From Gekko japonicus (taxonomy: Eukaryota), in the NCBI RefSeq assembly GCF_001447785.1, contig NW_015170287.1, positions 737,905 through 801,904 on the forward strand: DNA of 64,000 nucleotides, read 5' to 3'. Position 1 is the first letter of the stretch; each line of letters opens with the position of its first letter. The notes beneath the pieces were generated by a model, which saw only the letters and a list, made by a program, of their open reading frames with translations, was not told the origin of the DNA and ran no database searches. A program made the position numbers and the translations under genes. Of this stretch, positions 27,697-39,674 are shown piece by piece.

Positions 27697-28308
27697 GGGT
27701 CTGGTCACACGGACGTTTATTGTGGGATTCGCTGCTGATCCCTCGCGCTTTTAAAGTTTCTGTTTACACACGCCAATCCGCCTCCCACACCAAAGCAGGC
27801 TCACTCGCGCAAGACTCACGGGTTTTCCTGACCCCGGGAAAATCAAGTACTTTCCTGGGTCTCGCGCTTTGAAAGCGCGATTTCACCTATATGAACATCC
27901 CTCTTTCGCAATGATTTCGCAATTATTGCGAATAGGGCCGTCTGAACACTCTCTGATATATATATTTTTAAAAGCTTCCAGTTTGAGCGCATGGGCAGGC
28001 ATTCGCTTAAGAACTCAGCTCGTGCCGCGCACCTTCCTGCTGGGCCTCGACCTCCTGGCCGCCCAGAAGCACCGGGAGAAGGCACCCCAGGCTGGTGGCG
28101 ACTGGGCCGATGGCAAGGACAGCCCTGCGGCCGCCCAGGAGCAGCTGCTGCCGTCGCCGGATGGGGACGAGGGCGAGGGGGAGAGCTAGCAGCTGGTAAG
28201 AGGGATGGCTCTTGAGGGGTGGTGTAGACATGTAAAATCGGAACAAAATATTCCCGTTTAAATTACAGCGGGAACAAGGCACATTTACAGCGCCGTGTGA
28301 CCAGACCC
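27697..28308. mobile_element. Non-autonomous PIF/Harbinger-type transposon carrying a captured gene fragment
   Basis: Perfect 16-bp TIR GGGTCTGGTCACACGG/CCGTGTGACCAGACCC; TAA on both sides (27694-27696, 28309-28311). Confidence 0.92.
28022..28195 (+). pseudogene. DHX38: Captured fragment resembling DHX38/PRP16 N-terminal coding exon
   Basis: [20 protein letters not shown]...DWADGKD versus recalled human DHX38 [21 protein letters not shown]...DWEESKD; in-frame TAG at 28187-28189; followed by CTG|GTAAGA. Confidence 0.78.
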
Positions 28309-28349
28309 TAAGATTCTACCCACCCTGCAACTGAGGAATGGGATATGAT

Positions 28350-28536
28350 CAATGCTCCCTCTAAGCTGTGGCATCTTGTGAGCTACTGGCATTAAAGCTG
28401 TGAGTGAGCAATTTGGCTACTGTATAAGTTAGTTTCCTCTGGAGCCATCCTCCCTGAGCTAAGACAAAAATGTGTGAGTTGGAGACTAAAAAAACTGTGA
28501 GCTAGCTCACACTAACTCAGCTTAGAGGGAACACTG
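28350..28536. mobile_element. ~200-bp hAT MITE
   Basis: Perfect 8-bp TSD gatatgat. Confidence 0.92.
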
Positions 28537-28650
28537 GATATGATGTAATTGCAATTCACACCCACATCATAGGATTCTTGCCAACCGTCCTGTAAAGATT
28601 TGTAGTGCCACTCTAAATTAATTGCTTTAAATGAACTTTTTTTTGGGGGG

Positions 28651-28842
28651 GGCATCAAGTCACAGCTGACTTATGGCAACTCTGCAGGGTTTTCAAGGCA
28701 AGAGATTTCAGAGGGGGTTTGCAATTGTTTGCCTCTGTGTAGCAATCTATGTATTCCTCGGTGGTCTCCCATCCAAATACTGACCAGGGCCAATCCTGCT
28801 TATCTTCCAAGAGATCAGGCTAGCCTGGGCTCTCCAGCCCAG
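28651..28842 (-). mobile_element. 5S rRNA-derived SINE (5S-Sauria-like)
   Basis: Reverse complement of 5S-like GTATTTGGATGGGAGACCACC plus RTE-like tail. Confidence 0.75.
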
Positions 28843-28852
28843 ATCTAAATAG

Positions 28853-29110
28853 AGCGCGTTTGGTGTAGTGGGTAAGAGCAGCAGGACTCTGAGTTGGAGA
28901 ACCAGGTTTGATTCTCCACTCCTCCTCCACATGAAGCCAGCTGGGTGACCTTGGGTCAGTTACAGCTCTCTCAGAGCTCTCTCATCCCACCTATCTCACA
29001 GGGGTCTGTTGTGGGGAGACGAAGGGGAGGAGATTGTAAACCACTCTGAGACTCCAAATGAAGAGTGGGGTATATATATCCAACCCTCCTCCTCCTCATT
29101 CTACTACTAC
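28853..29110 (+). mobile_element. Squam3-like SINE
   Basis: TTTGGTGTAGTGG head, body and tail motifs. Confidence 0.85.
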
Positions 29111-29397
29111 TATTGTTCAGGATGGCCCAGTCAGAGAATGAATTGAATGGACCACAGGCAATCTGAGAATGGTACTAGAGATTAGAATCACACTTTTGTC
29201 ATTGATCAGAGTTTGCATTGTGGCCCTAAATTACAAGCAATCGAATGGCGCCATCTGTAGCTGGGGAGGGGAAAAAATTGCAATTGACTTTTTCAAGGAG
29301 TGTATTTCAAATCAAATTGTATCATCCAATTATAAGAGAACTAGGAATCAGGCTCGTTGTAGCATCGAAGACGAGTGCTAGCTTGGCTGGCTGGCTG

Positions 29398-30160
29398 CAG
29401 GGCCCTACCCCCTTCCTGGCGCCCGTCAGCTGCCTGAGTCTCTGGTGGGTGAAGGCCACCAGAAATGTGTCCCCCCCACCCGCCCAAGGGACTGGCGGGT
29501 CCAGGCAGGTGGCATCCAGAGGGCAGGTCTACTGATATAGTGGAAAGGGGTGGGTAGACCTGTTCTCCAGAGGGCAGGTCTACCAATATAGTGGAAGGAG
29601 TTGGGTAGACCTGGCCTCTGGAGAACAGGTGTGGGGGGGGGGCTTGGAGGCATTCTCCCGTCTGGTTCTCTGGGCGTGCGGGAGAAGCGGCGCAGGGGTG
29701 GGGGCCTTGGAGGGCTTCTGCTGCCTGATCCAGCTCTCCGGGCAGGCAGGAGAAGTGTTACGGGGGGTGGGGGACCTTGGAAGGATTCTGCCACCCATCC
29801 GGCTCTCTGGGTGGGTGGAAGAAGCAGCGCGGGTGGGAGCTTGTAGGGCTTCTGCCACCCATCCAGCTCTCTGGGCGGACGGGAGAAGTGATGCGGGGTG
29901 GGGTGGGGTGGTGGGGGTACTGGAGGGCTTTAAGGTGGCATGGGAGGGCTTGGTCTCCCAGTCACCTCAGAAGCCAGCTGGGGGCTTTGGAAGAGAGACC
30001 CTACCTCCTGCATGGCAAGCAAATGGCAGGGCTGCTCCTTGCTGATCTTCTCCTACCAGATCAACGGTCGTTCGGCCGCTGTTGACATAAAGGGAATGTT
30101 GGGATTGTTGGCTCTGTGGGCGGGACCCAGGCACAGATTTTGATGGGCAGTTCATGTGGC
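29398..30160. repeat. GC-rich element with degenerate tandem units, probably transposon-derived
   Basis: Recurring GGAGGGCTTCTGCC...CCATCCAGCTCTCTGGGCGG..GGAGAAG units. Confidence 0.5.
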
Positions 30161-31164
30161 CAACCTATTTTGGCACACATAGAACGTTTTGGGACCAAAA
30201 CTCAGTTATAGATAAAGACAGGATACCCTATGTTCAAAGGCCCTAAGGTACTCTAACAGCAACTGGACAATGAGCAGCTCTGACACTGCAGAAACCTCTG
30301 GTTACCAACATTCAGAAAGAAGTTCACACATAAGGACAACTATGTTTAATCTGTTCTACAACATTAAGACACCATGTCTTCATTACAATTCACCATTATT
30401 CCATACACATGTTTTCTCCTGCTTCCTACAATGGCTCCTGTATTATTTTGTGTTACTGTAAGATGGTAAATAATCAGCATCATTCAGAACTGTGGCTCTG
30501 AACCATCAGAGATTGTCATATAGCTTGCAGGGGTACTGAAGAACCATTGAGTATCCCAGAAAAAAATGGGTCATGCTGGGAACTCTGTCAGTAGGAGTCA
30601 TGCAAGCTGTGCAGCAGTAACAGAATATGGGACACTTTCCAAAAATAAAATTATCTCTGATTTAAATCACAAACCACAGCTCTCAAATAATGGCATATAA
30701 CTAGCAACAGTAGATCAGTGGCTCTGAAGGTTTCCTTTGCTGATTTGCACACAACTGGGATCTTCCTTATTTGTAAAGAACCTTATCTGCAGAATATTAC
30801 TTTCTGTCCCCCCCCAGCTGTTTAAAGTAACTTCTGAACGATGCATTATATGACAATCAGGTTTTATTAAAATGATTTTTTTTGCACAATAAAGTCAGTT
30901 TTAAATGGACTCAATCATGTCAGGAACACAAGACCTTTGTAGTAAACTTGTATGCTTTTTAACACAGTAAAATTATTTTTAAGTGAGATACCTGATAAAG
31001 AGATACTCTCTTTAATATGAAAAGTGAATGCAAAAACATTGAATTAATCTAAAAAAAAAACCCAACAAAAACTACACAGCCATGAAGGCAAACGATAAAA
31101 AGGGGGGAAGGGTCTGAAGCACAAAATTTAACAGAAAGGGGGAAAGTGAATGAAAATGGACAAG

Positions 31165-31411
31165 GATAAGCATATGGAGCAGAGGTCCATCAGTGGCTAT
31201 TAGCCACAAGGTATAGATAGGGACTCTGGGGCAAGTGATGCTCTGTCTTCTTGGTGCTTGGGGGGGTCAACAGTGGAAGGGCTTCTAATGACCTGGCCCC
31301 ACTGGTGGACCTCCTGATAGCACTGGTATTTCTGGCCACTGTGTGACACGGTGTTGGACTGGATGGGCCTTTGGCCTGATCCAACATTGGCGTCTCTTAT
31401 GTTCTTATGTT
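31165..31411 (+). mobile_element. CR1 LINE 3' end
   Basis: CR1 3'UTR ending in (TTATGTTC)n tail. Confidence 0.9.
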
Positions 31412-32070
31412 AAGGATTAGCCAGGGCAACTGTAGTCTGACTGAAAATAAGACTGTGGCAGAAAAACTGGCCATGAACTACACAATGATTAGAAAGAGAA
31501 GGCACTAAATAATGGAGAGATCGGCGCAACTTCTAATGGATAAAGGGGGGGGGGATTCCTTTTTTCTGTGGCTAATGTGAAAAGTTTTACACTGGTGGTA
31601 CCCTTGTATCCTGACTTTTTATCATAATGCCAATAAAGCAACATTGTAAATAAACTCACAACATTTCCCGGTCCACATATCTAAATAACCAGCTTGCCCA
31701 AATATCTCTGGATTTAAAAGACAACACTTTCAATCCTGTAAATTTATACCCTAAAAAATAATGGTACAATGATATCAGTGCCAGTTTAGTAGCTGTGGAA
31801 CCAGACTGGACTTAGTTCTCTGTAGGATTCTGGCCTAAATGAGACCACACCAGGAGTTCCAGAAACTGCCTCCAGAACAGCTGGGGCTGCTTTGCCTCAG
31901 TCTATGTNNNNNNNNNNNNNNNNNNNNNNNNNNNNNNNNNNNNNNNNNNNNNNNNNNNNNNNNNNNNNNNNNNNNNNNNNNNNNNNNNNNNNNNNNNNNN
32001 NNNNNNNNNNNNNNNNNNNNNNNNNNNNNNNNNNNNNNNNNNNNNNNNNNNNNNNNNNNNNNNNNNNNNN

Positions 32071-32312
32071 CCTTCACTCAAAGTCTCAGAGTGGCTTACA
32101 ATCTCCTTTCCCTTCCCCTCCCCACAACAGACACCCTGTGAGGTAGGTGGGGCTGAGAGAGTTCTTTCAAGAACTGCCCTTTCAAGGACAGTTCTTGTCA
32201 GAACTATGGCTTGCCCAAGGTCATCCAGCAGCTGCAAGTGGATGAGTGGGGAATCAAACTTGGTTCTCCCAGATTAGAGTCCACACATTTAACCACTACA
32301 CCAAACTGGCTC
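32071..32312 (-). mobile_element. Squam3-like SINE adjoining gap
   Basis: Reverse complement SINE body and head. Confidence 0.85.
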
Positions 32313-32498
32313 TCTGTAGAGAGGTCTTTTGGATCAACCAGTTCACAAGGCTGAAACCCCTGGGAGGTAGATCTAGGTGCACCCTGCTCCTGTGGCCTAG
32401 ACTGTGCCGAGAGATAGTCTGCAAGGGAAGTTCTGAGTCTCAGAGAGGAAGCCTGAGGCCAGAACACTACCTATCCAAACCTAAGCAATGAAAAATGT

Positions 32499-34426
32499 TT
32501 TTTATAATTTTTATTGCTTTTATACTACACTCTACAAACTACAAAGGGAGGGGAAATAGGGTGAAGACGAAACTTCTTTTTTATACTTTTATACTACATG
32601 CTTTTATACTACAATCTACAAACTACAAAGGGAGGGGAAATAGGGGGAAGACTAAACTAAAATACAGAATTATGCAAGGATCATACAGTACGAATTATAC
32701 AGAAATTATATCTAAGGCTTGGAGCTTCCCCTACATTTGAGCTTTTAAAAATAAAGATTAAGGCTACTATTACAAAGACAAACTAGTACACATATATTTA
32801 GCCTGAGTGCGTACATCTTAGTTCTTTGAATGTTAATAAAATCAAACTTTCAGTATTATGCTATTTATCATATCCCCCCCGTGTTTCTTTTTATCATAGT
32901 TTAATCTGACTTTCAACAATTTGGGAGCTGCCTCTCCCTTATCAGAATCTGACTCTTCTGAAGAGGGGCCCAGAGAACTTTCACTGCTTCCCGATCTATG
33001 TTTGATGTTTTCTTCTGTTACACTGTTGTCCTCTGCTTTTCTATTATTTGCTGTTGCTTGGTGCTGTTCCAAAAATGCTTTTGCTTTTGTAACAGAGTCA
33101 GTTGTTTGCTTCTTTTCTTTGTAGTTGAAGATAAATCCTTCTGGGGTTATCCATCTGTAGAGGGTGGAATTTTTCTGTAGAAAAGATGTTAGGTCTTTAT
33201 ACTTCCTCCTCTTCTTTCTTATCTCAAATGAAATGTCTTTTAAAACTCTTGTTACTTCGCCTTTGATTTTTAGAATTATCCCATTAGTCGCTTTCAAGAT
33301 TGAATCTCTTGTTGACCTTTTGGAGAACTTGACAAATACTTCACCAGGCAGTTTATTTTTCTTTATATGGTCTGGATATGTTCAATAGACCATATCCATG
33401 TTGCTTTGTAGGAGTTCCGCTTTAAGATCTGCCAGTGGAGCCAAAACTTTGCTTAAAATTTCTTTCAAGTTCTCATCTTTTTGCTCTGGGATACCCTGAA
33501 ATCTTAGGATATATGATCATTTCCCCCCCCCCATTTTTAACCACAGCAGCTGTTCTTTATCAGAGGTCTGCTCTTTTCCCACCACCTCTAGTCTTTGTTT
33601 TGTCACTTTTGTCAAAGCATCAACTTTTTTCAGCTCTTTAACTGTTTCCTCTGTTTTTGTAGTAGTTTCTTTCAGTTGCTTTTGAACAGCATCAAAGTTG
33701 TTGTCGAGATTAGTCATCTGGTCCAGCAGAGGGCACAATGCTGTAGCTAACATATCGGGGAAGTCAGTGGTTACTTCCAGTCTAAAAGTCGTCATCGCTG
33801 AGGTGGCAGTTCTTGGAGAAGGTCTCTTCTTATCCACTATTTTGTCAGCCCACTGAGTCATTGTTTACACAGAGGGAAGAATTATTTTAAGTCTCTGAAA
33901 GTTTGTTGAGTCAAACGCTTCCTGCTATTCCGCACACTACTCGGCCGGATTAATGCTTTCCAGTCATGACTGTCGCTCTGCCCCTATGTAGCTTTTTCTG
34001 AAGTGGGGCTTAACTCCTCCCCCCCTTCCACTAGCTCAACTCGAGGCTTTGAAACAGCTGTTTGCTTAGGCACTTGACTAGTTTTAAATAGTTGCAAACT
34101 CACGTTTTCTTCTGCATGTTATTTCCAAAGGTAGGGAGAGCGTCTATTATGCTAGATCACTTGCTTGGTCAGTCCGGTGCGTGCCTCTATTCTCCATTGC
34201 TGGGTCCACGGTGGTGGGACCTATCAGAGCTGAGAGGAGCATCAGTGCCTCGGCCGTCACCTCCAGAGAGGCACCCCTTGTGCCCCAGGCTGCAAGCCCC
34301 CTCCGAGGGCTCTGGGGGGGGAGCCCGTAATTGTCTGGGACCCCTCCCGTTCGGTGTGGTAATGGGCCACTCTCATCGGAATGCGATGGAGTGTGCCCAT
34401 CAGCAAGTCACCAAAACCGGAAGCTC
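32499..34426 (-). mobile_element. ORF1-only L1-clade retroelement (HAL1-like), full length with TSD
   Basis: 19-bp TSD cctaagcaatgaaaaatgt (32480-32498, 34427-34445); 5' end GAGCTTCCGG; ORF1; AATAAA and short A tail; no ORF2. Confidence 0.88.
32842..33861 (-). pseudogene. L1 ORF1p-like protein (coiled coil, RRM, CTD), 339 codons with two in-frame TGA stops
   Basis: Single frame MTQWADK...LRFQGIPEQKDENL...DMVY*...LPGEVFVKF...KDISFEIRKKRRKY...YRWITPEG; stops at 33517-33519 and 33382-33384. Confidence 0.85.
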
Positions 34427-35724
34427 CCTAAGCAATGAAAAATGTGATGTCATCCCAAATCACTATTCTACAAAAAGATGGAAAATAGGCAACCTGCTAA
34501 CTAAGAGCAAACAGAAAAGCCAACAAGCCAAGAAAAATGAACCACAATAAATACAACAATAATAATAATTTTTAAAAAAGAAACAATCATCTCAGAAAAG
34601 GAAAGGAAGATCAAAACAAACCAGATTAACCTGCACAGAAACTAAAACAACAACAGAAATAATACCTCTCCCAAACTACTCTACCCCAGAGATCAAATGC
34701 CACCTGTCTTTACTACCCTCCCCCCGGAAAAAAGGTAATAAGAAAGGCTAGCTAGTAGTAATGAATCAGCAATTGAAATGAATGAAACCAGTTTGTTGAG
34801 AAAACAGTCCAGCAGAGTCTAGGCAGGATTTGACCAGCTAAGCAAAGCATCTCTCCCAGGACACAAGGAGCAGCGCAGCATAGACATGGTACAAAACAGC
34901 TCATACGCCTAATGGCTGCTGCTTAAATTTTCCCTGCCCTCCAAGAAAGACAGTGTAATTGGCCAAAGCAGCTCTTCTGAATGGTCCCAGGGCTAAAGTT
35001 GACTGGGAGAAATGCTGTCTCCCAGGCAATGGGATGCAGGCAACCTCTGTTACATTCTTGACAATTAACCTACAAAGTTAACTGATCTGGGAGTCCTTCT
35101 GTGAAAGTGTTTGACTGCATTGTATATAGCCTATACCACCCAATGCCAGGTGGTTGGATGACTTTTAGTGTTGGCAATATCCACCAGCATGCCACTAAGC
35201 TAAATACATGAGCCTAAAGCAAAGAAGTAACTTACCTGGAGGTTTAATTACCGTAAGAGCTTCATGCCAGAATTGCTTTAAAAAATTAGAAACTCAGAAG
35301 AAGTTGGAATGCTAACAGAGCTGTGGATTGGTTACAACTTTCAAAGCTGCCAGAACTTGGCTTGAAGAGATGAGGATGATACCAGGAAGTCATAATGAAT
35401 TTTGGCTCAGATAAAATGGCAGTGGAAAGGCTGGTATTATCGGTGTCCAAGAGACAGAAAGGCTAAAAATGGAATGGACTTTTATCAAGTAATATATTAT
35501 CTTATTAACTGATGGGAAGTTTAGTGAATCCTTCATTATTGTATACTAAAGTAAAAAAAATAGACAGCAATCTTTAAAAATGGTCTATAAATAAAGCCAC
35601 ACAGAAAGGTGCCCAAGTGTTCTTTATCAAATATGGATTTCTATGGACTTTAATCATAACTTTGTGAACCACAATTGAAATTTCTATACTTTACTGGAGC
35701 TGTTGCAGATGGAAGGCACCATTA

Positions 35725-35925
35725 TCTGGATAGCCCTGGATAGCCAGATCATGGAGGCTAAGCAGGGTTGGCCTTGATTAGTACTTGGATGGGAGACCAC
35801 CAAGAAAGTCTAGGGTTGTTATGCAAAGGCAGACAATGGCAAACCACCTCTGTTTGTCTCCTGCCTTGTAAACCCTAGGGGGTCGCCATAAGTTGGGTGT
35901 AACTTGACAGCACTTTCCACCACCA
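35725..35925 (+). mobile_element. 5S rRNA-derived SINE (5S-Sauria-like)
   Basis: GCTAAGCAGGG...TTAGTACTTGGATGGGAGACC 5S motifs followed by GGCAAACCACCTCTG...GGGTCGCCATAAGT tail. Confidence 0.85.
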
Positions 35926-35979
35926 TCAGAGTAAGCAGGAGATGCTCATGGAGGGTATGCAAACAAGTATAATTTTACT

Positions 35980-36365
35980 CAGGGCTTCTTTTGTAGAAAA
36001 AGCCCAGCCGGAACTCATTAGCATAATAGGCCACACCCAACAGCCAAAACTCATTAGCATATTAGGCCACACCCCTGACAGTGCATCTCATTAGCATGCT
36101 AGGCCACCCCCCCGTGGCTTCCCTTGGCTTGCCTGGGCAAGCTGGCCCTTGGACAGGCTGCGGAAGGCATGGGGAGGCATTTAAATGCCTCCCCGATCCT
36201 TCCAGGGGGCCCCCTGGCCCGCCCACCTCGGAGTCGTCGGGGGGTCACTCTTCAGGCCTTCCCTCTGTAGCCACGCATGCAGAGGTTTTGGCTGTAGTGG
36301 GCGTGGCCAGCTCTGAAGCCAGCCGGAACTCCGTTCCTGTGCGTTCCTGCCCAAAAATAGCCCTG
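35980..36365. mobile_element. hAT MITE (CAGGGCT termini, GC-rich interior)
   Basis: Perfect 8-bp TSD attttact. Confidence 0.9.
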
Positions 36366-36557
36366 ATTTTACTTCATGTGAATGGCATTACAACTAGGTT
36401 GTTGAGATAAGTGTTCCCCTTAAAAACAAAACACCCTTCTCCCAGCAACTGAGTAACTTTCTGGTTGTCTGGTCAAGTTTCCACCTACAGACTGGTACAG
36501 TTGCATTGGCTATTGCTCCTTTTGTTTCCTTGCCAGCAGATACACATGGCTGAGCAG

Positions 36558-36763
36558 CAATGCTCCCTCTAAGCTGTGGAGCCTTGTGAGCAAAAATGCT
36601 ACTTTGTGAGCTACTGGCATCAAAGTTGTGAGTGAGCGATTTGGCTGCTGCATAAATTAGTTTGCTCTGGAGCTATCCTTCCTGAGCTAAGGCAAAAATG
36701 TGTGAGCCGGAGGCTAAAAAGTTGTTAGTTAGCTCACACTAACTCAGCTTAGAGGGAACACTG
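36558..36763. mobile_element. ~200-bp hAT MITE
   Basis: 8-bp TSD ctgagcag/ctgaccag (1 mismatch). Confidence 0.9.
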
Positions 36764-37639
36764 CTGACCAGAAGAGACACTTTGGGGATGGGATTGGGCT
36801 TAAAAGTAGGTCAACAGTCAGAGCAGCTCCTTCATTGTTTATTTATTTAGATTTATATCCTGCCCTTCCCACAAGCCTCCTCTGGGGCCACTGTGCTCAT
36901 GGTAGGCTTGGGATGGCTTTCCCTCCTTGATGCTGTAAATAGCCATTGCACCATTTCTCAGGCCATGTGTTACCAGCCTATACTACCATTGTTCTTCTTC
37001 TTCAGCCTCAGTATGTCAAAAGAAGCAGCTGGAAGAGTAGCTTGTTGAAAAAAAAAAAAGGCCCTGAGAGCAATACATTTGGAAATACTTTTTTTTAATG
37101 GCATTGAGTCCAATGCTTTGGCATGGGTAGAATGTCCTTGGCCAGGAGGTATCAACAGCAGAGTGAGAAGGGGAAGGTGTTCATCTTGCCAAGACTGTGA
37201 ACCAAGGCAGATCAATTGACTGCTGGTGATCATTGTCTTTCTGTGTCCAAGGCCAGATATACAAAATAGCCAGTTACTGAGACAGAATGGTGTTTATCAA
37301 GCTGAGTATTATCTACTCTGCAGCTCCTCAAGGGCTAAACTAAGACCGTTTCATGCCCCACTACCCCAAATCTTTATACCTAGAGATGCTAAGGATAGAA
37401 CTGTCCATATAGAAAATATGTGCTCTACTACTAACTTATTAGTCCTTCCCAAAATATGGAATGCTTTATGAATGTGCAAGTCATCCCTTCGTAGGGACCA
37501 TGTAAACCTTGGGTTGGATACAGCCAGTTTTTTTCACTCAGTCTTACACAGTGCCCCCCACTATAGCCCCTGTCCTGCACAGATTTTGTTCATGTAAGTC
37601 CCATCACCAGTATATCCTTCTTGGTGGTCAGATGACCCC

Positions 37640-37715
37640 TTCCTTCCTTCCCTCCTTCCTTCCTTCCTTCCTTCCTTCCTTCCTTCCTTCCTTCCTTCCT
37701 TCCTTCCTTCCTTCC
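37640..37715. repeat. (TTCC)n microsatellite
   Basis: Direct reading. Confidence 0.95.
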
Positions 37716-37751
37716 TTTTTTTTTTCTTCCACCAGCAGAAAAGTCAATTGA

Positions 37752-38241
37752 AGCTCCGGTCACACGGAGGATTTGCTGCGCTAAAGGCACGAATGTCATG
37801 TGGATTTTTGGTGCGCAATCACACCTCAACATCTGAGAAGCGTAGCACACCCGTGGCGTCCCGCCGAAGATGCACAGTAAAAAAGTACCTCAGAAAGTGC
37901 ACTAGTATTTGGAAAACGCAGGGCAGGGGTGGGCATCTGATCGTGGGAAAGCTAGTATCCCGTGGCATCCGGCACCCATCCACATCCCATCACAAACCAG
38001 ATGTTTTTCGTAAGTGCATGTGCACAAACACGTAACTGAAAGCAGTGCTGCTCTGCGGAACTGTGCATGCGGAACTGTGCCGCTTTTTTGCCACACTCCA
38101 ACATCGCCGTGTGATCGCCAGCTAACAGCCTAAGTGCAAAGACTCAGGAGACCGTGTGATCGGGCTACCATGCTTTATTTTGCTCCGGGGCTAACAGCCA
38201 TGCCTCCCCACCGTAACTATCTGGCCCGTGTGACCGGGGCC
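37752..38241. mobile_element. Harbinger-type MITE
   Basis: TIR AGCTCCGGTCACACGG/CCGTGTGACCGGGGCC; 3-bp TSD TGA. Confidence 0.88.
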
Positions 38242-38632
38242 TGAATCCCATTTCTGTACTGCTGCAATTTTAGTGCATGTGCAGCTGAAGCAAATCAACT
38301 TGGAAATTAACAGGTATTGAAAACATCCAAGCCCACAATATATTTTAAATAAGCCTCCACAGCTTGTGACCTACCAAACAGAACTCAACCCACTATCATG
38401 CAAAGTTAAGATACCTCTTTTTTCTTTCTTTCTTCAATTCTAGTCCATAGGGTTAAAGAAATCATAACAGGTGATGATGATCTATGAAGAAGAACTTGTT
38501 TAAAGCTTGTGTTTGACAGGTACATGTTTGTGGCAATACTTTCTCCTCATGCCTGCATAAAGTAAGGTTGTCAACTGCTTGGCGGCAGGGGGAGTCATGT
38601 CCCTTTAACAAAGGCTTCATGGAATTTATTTA

Positions 38633-39105
38633 CCAGGTGATGTTGGATCAGCACATCCAGGTGCCATCAAGAGGTCCACCAGCAGGGCTAGAACTCCAGA
38701 AGCCCTCCCACAGTTGCCACCCCCAAGCACCAAGAATACAGAGCATCACTGCCCCAGACATAGTGTTCCATCTACACCTTGAGGCTAATAGCCACTGATG
38801 GACCTCTGCTCCATATGTTTATCAAATCCCCTCTTGAAGTTGTCTATGCCTGTAGCCACCACCACTTCTTGCAGCAGTGAATTCTATGTGTTAATTACTC
38901 TTTGGGTGAAGAAGTACTTCCTTTTATCTCTACTAAGCTTACTGCTCATTAATTTCATTGAGTGCCCACAACTTCTTGTATTGTGAGAAAGGGAGAAAAG
39001 TACTTCTTTCTCGACCTTCTCTATCACATGCATAATTCTGGAAACCTCTGTCATGTAACCCCTCAGTCATCATTTCTCCAAGCTAAAGAGCCCTAATCTC
39101 TTTAA
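38633..39105 (-). mobile_element. CR1 LINE 3' fragment
   Basis: Same CR1 3'UTR motifs as 44372-44690, plus ORF2 C-terminal remnant. Confidence 0.85.
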
Positions 39106-39613
39106 ATACCAACAACAACAACAACAAAAGGTAATCACCTTAGCATATGAAGACATGAACTAGCCTGAATTGTTTTATCATATGTTATACTCTGTTCACA
39201 AAATAGTTTTTCTCATACCCGTAATATGCTAAAACACCACAGCATTTTTCAGCATTACTAGGAGAAATCTTTGCTGTTAGATTCAAATTGTTTACAAGTA
39301 GTTTCCTGACTAACTGAATGGTTCTCATTGTATCTGTAATCTGCCATGAGTCTCATGAGAAGGGCAGACTGTAAATGAAGCTCATCACCATCATCATCAT
39401 CGTCATAATCTCAGATATGTGGATGTTATAGATAAATTCAGTGAACCAACATTGCTAGCAAAACAATATAAAGCAGTCAGAAGAAGAAGCAGCAAAAAAA
39501 AATCTACAGATTTCATTTGGACAATACTCCCAGATGCCATCATTATTTCAAAATGAAATAGGAGAACCAAGAAATACTGCAAAATGGCAATGCACACACA
39601 CATACACAGATTG

Positions 39614-39656
39614 ATGATGGATGGATGGATGGATGGATGGATGGATGGATGGATGA
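39614..39656. repeat. (GGAT)n microsatellite adjacent to exon donor
   Basis: Direct reading. Confidence 0.95.
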
Positions 39657-39674
39657 TAGATATTTTTTTTTTAC

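Noticed and set aside
29245-30155. Cluster of overlapping ORFs
   Set aside because: Explained by GC-rich degenerate tandem repeats that lack stop codons.
35725-35925. 5S rRNA or tRNA genes
   Set aside because: These are degenerate heads fused to SINE bodies, not functional RNA genes; the same applies to the other 5S-like and tRNA-like heads.
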